The position numbers were made by a program, and so were the translations under genes. DNA of 59,609 bases, filler included, from Nemertoderma westbladi (lineage: Eukaryota > Animalia > Xenacoelomorpha), in the NCBI GenBank assembly GCA_032718475.1. It is 3 parts of 3 records of this genome, joined end to end, with 100 filler letters (N's around TTAATTAATTAA, not from the genome) between each part and the next. Parts side by side here need not be neighbours in the genome. Positions count along the whole stretch, not along the records: positions 40,924 to 59,609 come from JAUCBJ010004130.1; 2 more parts are not named here. The stretch is one strand, 5' to 3'. Numbering within the stretch: position 1 is the stretch's first letter; each line of letters begins with the position of its first letter. Under the pieces are notes generated by a model. That model saw nothing but the letters and a program-made list of their open reading frames with translations. It made no database searches and was not told the DNA's origin. This document shows positions 52,130 to 59,609 of this stretch, in pieces.

Positions 52130-52784
52130 CTCCCCCCATGCTATCTTCCCGGTGAGAAGATAGCATCAACCTCTAGTGCGCTTCAATTCCGCTGGATCGC
52201 GATTTACTATCGGGTGTGGGGTGGAGTTATTTTCTTGGCTTTCTCGGCTTTCCAGGCCGCTACCTATGGGTATGATATCGCTACCCCGTTTTGGTACAAC
52301 TTTGTCTATCTTGCACCAAGACATCTGGCGTCCTGTGTTGGGCCGATCGTGCGCTTCTCTCACACAATTTTTGTTTCCCCAACACTTTCACCACTCTAAC
52401 TCCGCTCTTACTCTAACTATCCTCTAACTCCACGCTAACTCCGCCCTTACACTCTCCCCACACCTGAATCGCACTCTAACTGCACTCTCTCTCACCAGCA
52501 GCTCCACTCCATACTCCTTTCTACTCTCTACCACTCCCTAAGGCCCTAATCTCTAATGCTACCCCTGTGCTATCATACTATCTACTTACTTACTAACTTC
52601 TTATCTAACTAACTCTGCTAACTTTACTATACTAACTCTAACTCTGCTACTAACTCTCTACTAAGTCTACTCCGCTTACTACTTACTCTAACTCTATTAG
52701 CTTTCTAACTCTCTACTAACTCTCTACTTCTACTAACTTTCTAGCCCTCTAACTAGAACTCTCTAACTCTACCCACTCTTCTAA

Positions 52785-53118
52785 CTACGTGGCGCTTAGG
52801 GTGCCCACAACCCCTCTGGTACTACCTCCATCTACGTGGCGCTTCCGGTGCCCACAACCCCTCTACTACTACTTCTACTCTGCTACTATCTCTAACTCTA
52901 CTAACTCTCTACTACCTCTAACTCTACTAACTCCCCACCTCCACTACTACCTATATCTACGTGGCGCTTGCGGTGCCCACAACCACTCTGCTTACTACTT
53001 CCTACGTGGCGCTTCCGGTGCCCACAACCTCTCTACTACTACTTCCATCTACGTGGCGCTTGCGGTGCCCACAACCACTCTACTACTGCTTCCGCCTACG
53101 TGGCGCTTGCGGTGCCCA
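52785..53118. repeat. About 47-bp repeats (CTACGTGGCGCTTGCGGTGCCCACAACC) in the LTR element internal region
   Basis: Six copies here. The same motif recurs in about 101-bp units at 57690-57900. Confidence 0.85.
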
Positions 53119-54735
53119 GTCAACAAAATTGCACCGCCACAACTCCCTATCACCCATGACATTTGCTAGATCATCCGCATCTTTAAGGCCAGTGTCCTTT
53201 AAGATGCGTCTCAAGAAAGTCATGGGCTGTCCACCATGCTTATTCACTCCATGAGGCTGCCAAAGTACAAGATTATGCACTGGCTGGTCCTCACGGCGAA
53301 AGCAATGTCCTGCAAAGCGGAGGCGGTTTTGTTCTAGTGTCAAGCTTGGGGGAACCAATGAGACACCTCCAATGTTATATAGTGTCTGGTTGGAGATGTG
53401 TGCATTGTACTTGACACAATGAACCCGGCGTAGCATTCTTGTGAATGTGCCATCCAGAGATTTGGTGTCCTCAGCAGTTAGAGCCCAGCATGGACTCCCA
53501 TAGAGGAGTACTGGAACTACTGCTGCTCTAAATAATCGGACCTTAAGTTTCCGATTAATTCTCGGTGACTTCCAAATCCTGGAAAGCCTATTCAAGGCTG
53601 CCCATGCCTTTCCCTTACGTATTCGAAGGTCCTCACCTGACTTCCGGATCCATGACCCCAGGTAACAGAAGTCGTCCACATGCTCAAGCATACCATCCTT
53701 TGAGCTTATGCTCATCCGATCAGAGACTTGCTGAGGACTTTCAAAGTTAACGGTCAGAATTTTGGTCTTTCTGGAGTTAATAAAAAGACCAACACTAGAA
53801 GCAGCATGTTCTAATGAGCTGAGGAGCCGTTGGGCTCCCTCTAATGATTCTGAGAGTACTCCTAAGTCATCGGCAAAGTCTAGATCAGTTAGGTACTTGG
53901 CAGGATTTCCTCGACTTCTGGAGCCAGTAGGTGGAGTTATCATCACCCCATCATCATTATGATGATCTAAGGACATGCGTAGAATATAGTCAACCACAAT
54001 AATGAACAAGAATGGTGCAAGTGTGTCTCCTTGGAGGACGCCCCATAACACTTCAAATGGTTCTGTGTCACCGTCAACAGTAGACACAAATGTTGTCGAA
54101 CCATCGTATACTGATCTGATTGCTGCAATAATTTCATCAGGAATCCCATATAATGAAAGTATGCTGAACATACGTGAGCGAGAGACTGAATCAAAGGCCT
54201 TGAAGAAGTCAACAAAGATAACAGCCAGATGCCTGTCTTTCTTTTTTGATAATTCTTCAATTATCCTTCTAAGTGCCAAAATGGGCTCCATGGTCCCACG
54301 ACCTTTACGGAACCCATTCTGATTTCCACGGAGCAGTCTCTCAATGGGATCCCTGATGCGATTTAATAGAATCCTATTGTATAGCTTTGCAGCAATCGAG
54401 ATCAATGAGATTCCCCGAAAAGAACCATAGAGTGTTAGGTTGCCCTTCTTGGGAACTGGCACCAACTTATTTGTTTTCATTTCTTGTGGGACTCTTGTTG
54501 TTCGGTACATGTCTACTATGATGGGATAGATGAGCTTTAAACACTCAGGTATTTTAAAGACCTCAGGGGGAACACCATCTACTCCACTGGCACGATTGGT
54601 CTTAATGCTCTTTGCAGCACCCTGCACTTCTGCAAAGGAGATATCGCCAATGGGAATATCTGGGAGTACAGACTCAGACACTTTTACTTCTATAAAGTTA
54701 TCAGGCAATACCCTGTCATTATTGAGGAGCTTTTG
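53083..54735 (-). CDS. RTE-like non-LTR reverse transcriptase, open for more than 541 codons, lacking the endonuclease domain
   Basis: Motifs GVDG, PKKG, RGISL, QNGFR, FVDFFKAFDSV, GVLQGDTLAPFLF, FADD, YLGS, LLYGS..W and FAGH. There is no ATG start, and the last 11 codons come from the flanking repeat. Confidence 0.9.
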   Translation of the reverse strand, partial: QKLLNNDRVLPDNFIEVKVSESVLPDIPIGDISFAEVQGAAKSIKTNRASGVDGVPPEVFKIPECLKLIYPIIVDMYRTTRVPQEMKTNKLVPVPKKGNLTLYGSFRGISLISIAAKLYNRILLNRIRDPIERLLRGNQNGFRKGRGTMEPILALRRIIEELSKKKDRHLAVIFVDFFKAFDSVSRSRMFSILSLYGIPDEIIAAIRSVYDGSTTFVSTVDGDTEPFEVLWGVLQGDTLAPFLFIIVVDYILRMSLDHHNDDGVMITPPTGSRSRGNPAKYLTDLDFADDLGVLSESLEGAQRLLSSLEHAASSVGLFINSRKTKILTVNFESPQQVSDRMSISSKDGMLEHVDDFCYLGSWIRKSGEDLRIRKGKAWAALNRLSRIWKSPRINRKLKVRLFRAAVVPVLLYGSPCWALTAEDTKSLDGTFTRMLRRVHCVKYNAHISNQTLYNIGGVSLVPPSLTLEQNRLRFAGHCFRREDQPVHNLVLWQPHGVNKHGGQPMTFLRRILKDTGLKDADDLANVMGDRELWRCNFVDWAPQAPRRRKQ

Positions 54736-54742
54736 TCTATAT

Positions 54743-57671
54743 CCCGGGTTGAGAATCTTATCATATTAGTAAAGTACTACCTAATGGCAAGTTACTGGCA
54801 TGATAATTTTACTAAAATTTTACAATTACCACAATTTGCATTATTTGTTAAGGAATTAAGTAATACTTGCCAAGTACAGTATAGATTTTAAGAAATATTT
54901 GGGTGGGCACTTATCATGCAATGCACTTTCCAAATTCTTAACAAATTTTGTATTCCTAGAATATACTTTCTGTGACTTTATAACTTGACAAACATTTCAT
55001 AAATACTTTAGTGGTGCTTGACACACATTGCAATTATAAATCAGACACATGATTCATCGCCAATAAATGACTCATTCAGTCATTTTGTGGTCAGTAGGCC
55101 TACTGCTGTACTGCAGAGTTGCGTTTATTGAGTTTTCTTTATTTAAATTTAATTGTTTAATGAGTTTTGCTTACAAATATTCAAAATAGTGTAGGGCCTA
55201 TAGTGTTTTGTTACTTTAATTTTTACTGGTAGTTTTATTGCTGTTTGTTTACTTCAATTCAATTGTTTATTGTATTTTGTACTCTTTAATTCTGTAATTA
55301 ATGTTTATCGAGTTTTGTAATCTTGAATTGTTTAGTGCCTTTTGTATGCTTGTTTTGTTTATTGTTTATTTGTTTTGTTTGTACTGTTTATATCGTTAAT
55401 GAAATATTTATGGTTTGCCTAATTGTCTGATTGTTGCTAATTGGCAATTGTAATTGGATTAATGCCTAATTGATATACAATTAAAATTCAAATTATTTAA
55501 ATGTTGTGAAATTTGCTTAATAACAATTGAATTTGGAAGAATTGGAATTTAAAAAAGGCCTCATAATCCAAAGACATACATATGAACTTGTTGGGGATGT
55601 TGTTGGGGTTCTGGCCTACTCTAGCATTTGGACCACGAAACGTGCCAGACGGAACCCATAGTCAGAGACCAGCCTGGATTAAGTGGAGAGGCAGGACTTT
55701 AGTGTGATGTAGGAGTTCCAGGGGCATTCAACCCGGAGACTCAGGCGTTGTTAGATATCAGCAGATCAGGGTCGTAAACCTTGACGCCGAGTCGTATGTG
55801 GGACGCCGCCCAATGAGGGTCCTAGAATCTGCGGAGGACGCTAAAACGGCACTATATGCTGAACCAGCGAGACAGAGGAGAGCAGTCTTTGCACCCTTCG
55901 TAGTCTCTTGCGATGGAGTTCTGGCACCGCAGTCCAACAAGCTCCTGAGAAATCTTCGCTGTTAGGTTGCACCACAACTGGGACAGACCTTATAGCACCG
56001 TCATGGAGTGAGTTCGCCGCCGTGTGCAGTTCACAATAGTTCGAGGGGCTTCTCATTGCATCAGGAGGACAGTGGTCTGGGTACGGAGGATGGAGCTGGA
56101 TTGCCGATCACTCCACTCGTCTGACTCTGTAAACTGAATCTGTAAACTATGTAATGTGTTGTGCTTTCTCTTATTTGTATCTGTGCTAGTCTTTTTGGAA
56201 TTATAGTTACTGTAGGTTCTTGTAAAATTCTCAGTGTATAATATTAATTGTAATTTCTGCTTTATATTATTATATTATTGTTAAAGCCGTTTCATTGTAC
56301 TAAACGGGGGTCTGGGGTTTGGGAGCGGCAGCTCCCAATAAAAAATAACAAAATGAAGATAAAAAAGTTAACCCTACTTAAAAAAAATAAAAAAAAAAAT
56401 TTTCCCTGATTTTTATTCTGTTTTTTTCTCCATACATTTTCCCATGGAAACCTTATTTTCTCACAGACACCGGGTAGTAACGAAATTGTAAAAAAATGCA
56501 CTGTACAGTTACAGTATATAAAATTCAACTGGACCTCCCCAATGAACCGCTAGTTATCCTGCATCTAAACTCAATAATAACTGTATATCTACAGTATATC
56601 GTATTACAATACCAGTACTATGGTAGCCGTAGCACTTCATTATTTGGAATTCCTTGTACTAACTGTATTAATGATTTTTAACATGACTAAAATTATTTTT
56701 AAAACTAATGTTAATTTGATCATTGAACTGAACCACTATCTTCGTTGGGAAAAGTTAACCCTAATGTTCAAAATACAATTGCTGCAATCTATAGTTTAAT
56801 ATGATGATATTTTTAGCATCTTTATATGGGTGATAAATTTTTTATTTTATTTCGTGCTCCAAGTCGTAATCTACTGTAGCGATTGATAAGATTATAAATT
56901 TGAATTAAATAGTTTTATTGCATAAAAAGAAATGAGGAATACCATTTTTGAACTTTATTGTTAAATTTTTCCGACGTAACTGTGTTTTAGTGTAGACCTA
57001 CAGTATTTACGCGATTATATCTGATTTATTTGATGATCTGATTTATATATCTATGTAACGTACAGTAATATTATGTTTGTTGATATGTTGTTTATATTAA
57101 AAACAATAAGTAAGAGTCTCTGTATTAATTTGTTTACATATGTCATGGGGGGGGGGGGGGGGGTGGGGATGCAACAAAGAGTATCAAACCAAACATGTGC
57201 ATACATCACTCACCATGATGATGTTCCATGTATTGTTTCTCTTATCGGATGGGGGGAGGGAGGGGGGGGGGGGGGGGGCATCATTTACTTTCATTCGAAA
57301 GCTAACATTTATTTTTCAAAAATAATTATTACTTAAAAAATTAGCGACGCAGGTTCGAACTAGTGCCGGGAATATATAGGTTATAGATATATGCTAGATT
57401 TGTAATGCGTATGTTATTAGTTCATTACACTTGCAAAGTGCTTGCATACATCATCGGTTACATATAAAGCACGTTTATATATCCTGTAATACTTGTCAGT
57501 CACATAGCAACAACTTGCTAAACATTATAAACTTGCAATGTCCTTTTTATGAGATTGGAAAATTTGTTAAGTACTTTACTCACCCTTTGCACCAACGTTG
57601 CTAAGCGTTCTAAGTCTTTCTAAGCAGACTTGTTTAAAACTTAGGAAATATACTAAGAATTTCAACCCGGG
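54743..57671. mobile_element. Non-autonomous DNA element with CCCGGGTTGA termini (possibly CMC/EnSpm-like)
   Basis: TIR CCCGGGTTGA(GAA/AAT)TCTTA with AT on both sides. Confidence 0.65.
55552..56090 (+). pseudogene. Decayed C-terminal restriction-like endonuclease domain of a CRE/R2-group non-LTR element
   Basis: Manual translation gives GLIIQRH...EPIVR...ALLDI/RVVNLDAESY...RRAVFAPFVVSCDGVL...WDRPYSTVME*VR...HCIR, with stops and frameshifts. Confidence 0.75.
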
Positions 57672-58060
57672 ATACCACACCCCCTATACCCCGCCGCCTT
57701 CTAACCTACTCTCCTTCTACGTGGCGCTTACGGTGCCCACAACCCCCCTACTACTACTCGTGGCATGACAATATGCCACACTCCCTTACCCCGCCGCCTT
57801 CTAACTTAACTCTCCTTCTATGTGGTGCTTACGGTGCCCACAACCCCCCTACTACTACTCGTGGCATGACAATATGCCACACTCCCTTACCCGCCGACTT
57901 CTAACTTAACTATCTACTAACTTCTACTTAATATCTTCTACTAACTATTATTTAATTATTTAATTATTTATTTTTAATTAAATAATTATTTGTGTGGGAA
58001 GGGCGTCTCGCCCTCATTCCCACCCCCCTCAGTCCAAAATATTGGACGACTAAACTTCAC

Positions 58061-58840
58061 CTAACTAGGGCGATTCTTCCAAGAGGCACTCTCCCACTGC
58101 TCCCCTTGTAGGTCATTTAGGATTCGCCACACTCTCTTCGCCAATTCCAACTCACCAGGAATTGGTTCTCTCTCTTCTGCCACCCTGAAATCGGGTCTCT
58201 CCGCCGCCTTCTTAACTATCTCGTCTCCTGGCATCAAAATGCCACCTCCCACCTTGTTGTCTCCCGCTGGTAGAATGAAAAGAAAGTGAAAGAACAGACA
58301 AAACAGAACGTACAATAGTAGTCCTATCCCTTTCCATCCTGTCTTCCTTCTCGACTTCCCCCCTTGTCGGTATGCCTCTCAACCAGACGGGCGTCTCTTC
58401 CGGACACTCCTCTGGACACTCCTTCCGACACTCCTCCGGGCACTCCTCTGGAGTGTTGTCCTCCGGACATCTCGCCGTCCGCTCCTCTCCATCTCCATAC
58501 CGATACTTGCTTGGAAATCCATTCTCCTCTGCCCACTCTCTTACTTCTACTTCCCCATCTGGCTCATCTACCGTTTCTGGTCTCTCTTCTGCGTCCTCTG
58601 CGTCTACGGTGCCTGGTAACATGCACCCATATGGTAACATGTCGTTACTGATCGACCGCCCTCTCCTGATATCTCCACGGGTACTACCCCGAGTAGTACT
58701 TTTCTCTTCTTTCTTACCACTGTCATGCTTGTAGCCATTGTTTGGCCTCCAGTCTGGGACTCTCTAACTGCTGTTTCTCTACACTCTCCGGATCTGTGTC
58801 CTTCTACCACACATCGATGACATAGTCCGTTTGCGTCTGT
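58061..58840 (-). pseudogene. Fragmented gag-like ORF of the LTR element
   Basis: Extending ORF 58604-58810 upstream gives LCHRCVVEGHRSGEC, a Cx2Cx4Hx4C zinc knuckle. Frameshifted Glu-rich ORFs follow. Confidence 0.7.
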
Positions 58841-58850
58841 GTAGGCTATA

Positions 58851-59030
58851 CACTGTAAACCCGTATGCAGTTTTTGAATTAACTTAGTTATGGTGAAACA
58901 ACTTCACCATAAACGAATGGCATCGTTACTATAACAATGTTATGGTGATGTAAACCATTAGTGAATTAGCCATTTTGCACACAAGTATGTTGTATTGAAT
59001 ATGGTATTTTTACCATAACAATTTTGTGCT
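58851..59030. mobile_element. Possible left end of a CACTG-type (CMC/EnSpm-like) element truncating the gag
   Basis: CACTGTAAAC start, reiterated ATGGT/ACCAT motifs and an abrupt composition change. No right end was seen. Confidence 0.3.
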
Positions 59031-59609
59031 GTTTGTACCTTAGTTGTTTAGCTTTTCAATATAGACACTCAATTTCCTATTGGTCAATAGACTTTAGCGC
59101 CTTAAATTTAAGCATAGCCCCTTAACTTCGTAACTTCTGCTAACTTCTCTGCTTCTGGTACCGGTACCGGTACTGCAGTAATCTAGTAGTAACAGTAAGT
59201 GCAGTGTTCTGGTGTTGGTTTGTCATATTCTGACACTCACTTCATCAGCCAGCGCACTCTGCACTCAGACACTCCACACTCTTTCAACAGCTCAGTCTGT
59301 CAGTACCTACAGCCAGTAGGGAACATATGCTTAAATAAACAGTACGGGTCGCACTTCTTATTTACGGATCGCACTGCTTATTTAGGCAGTTTTACTCTAA
59401 TTTTTGTGTTGTTTTGATGGTTTGACAGGTAGCAAATCAAAAGTGCCCCAATTTTTCTCATCCAATGGGAACGTTTGTATACCCTGAGTCATATTTTGAA
59501 ATCAGAAATTAAATCTGTCGTGTAGAAGTCAATATACTAGGCTTCTACTATGAAGCAGTAGTTCCAATTTCTCCTGGAATACTTTCTGATGAGGCGCACT
59601 TCCTAAATA

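Overview
AT-rich animal (invertebrate-looking) nuclear DNA, not prokaryotic. It is three contigs (1-17962, 18063-40823, 40924-59609) joined by artificial 100-nt linkers (44 N + TTAATTAATTAA + 44 N). Two host genes are supported: a 4-exon TOMM40 (+, 21571-29681, 340 aa) and an intronless MAGT1/TUSC3 (OST3/OST6 family) gene (-, 45032-46048, 338 aa). The rest is satellites and minisatellites (55, 41, 44, 59, 21, 22, 35, 16, 30 and 315 bp units), several MITE families including a three-level nest in TOMM40 intron 1, a Helentron-like element, a tRNA-derived SINE, four kinds of non-LTR fragment, and a gag-only LTR element interrupted by an RTE-type RT and a DNA element. The most notable observations are these. 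(1) Many tandem arrays are amplified from whatever sequence lay at the site, including the TOMM40 intron 3/exon 4 junction without its AG and a LINE ORF. (2) Dense TACAGTA/TACCGGTA/TAGGCCTA motifs look like transposon excision scars, and three are demonstrable insertions. (3) An LTR element has a LINE-type RT where pol should be. All calls were made by eye with no database searches, so TE superfamily assignments are tentative.
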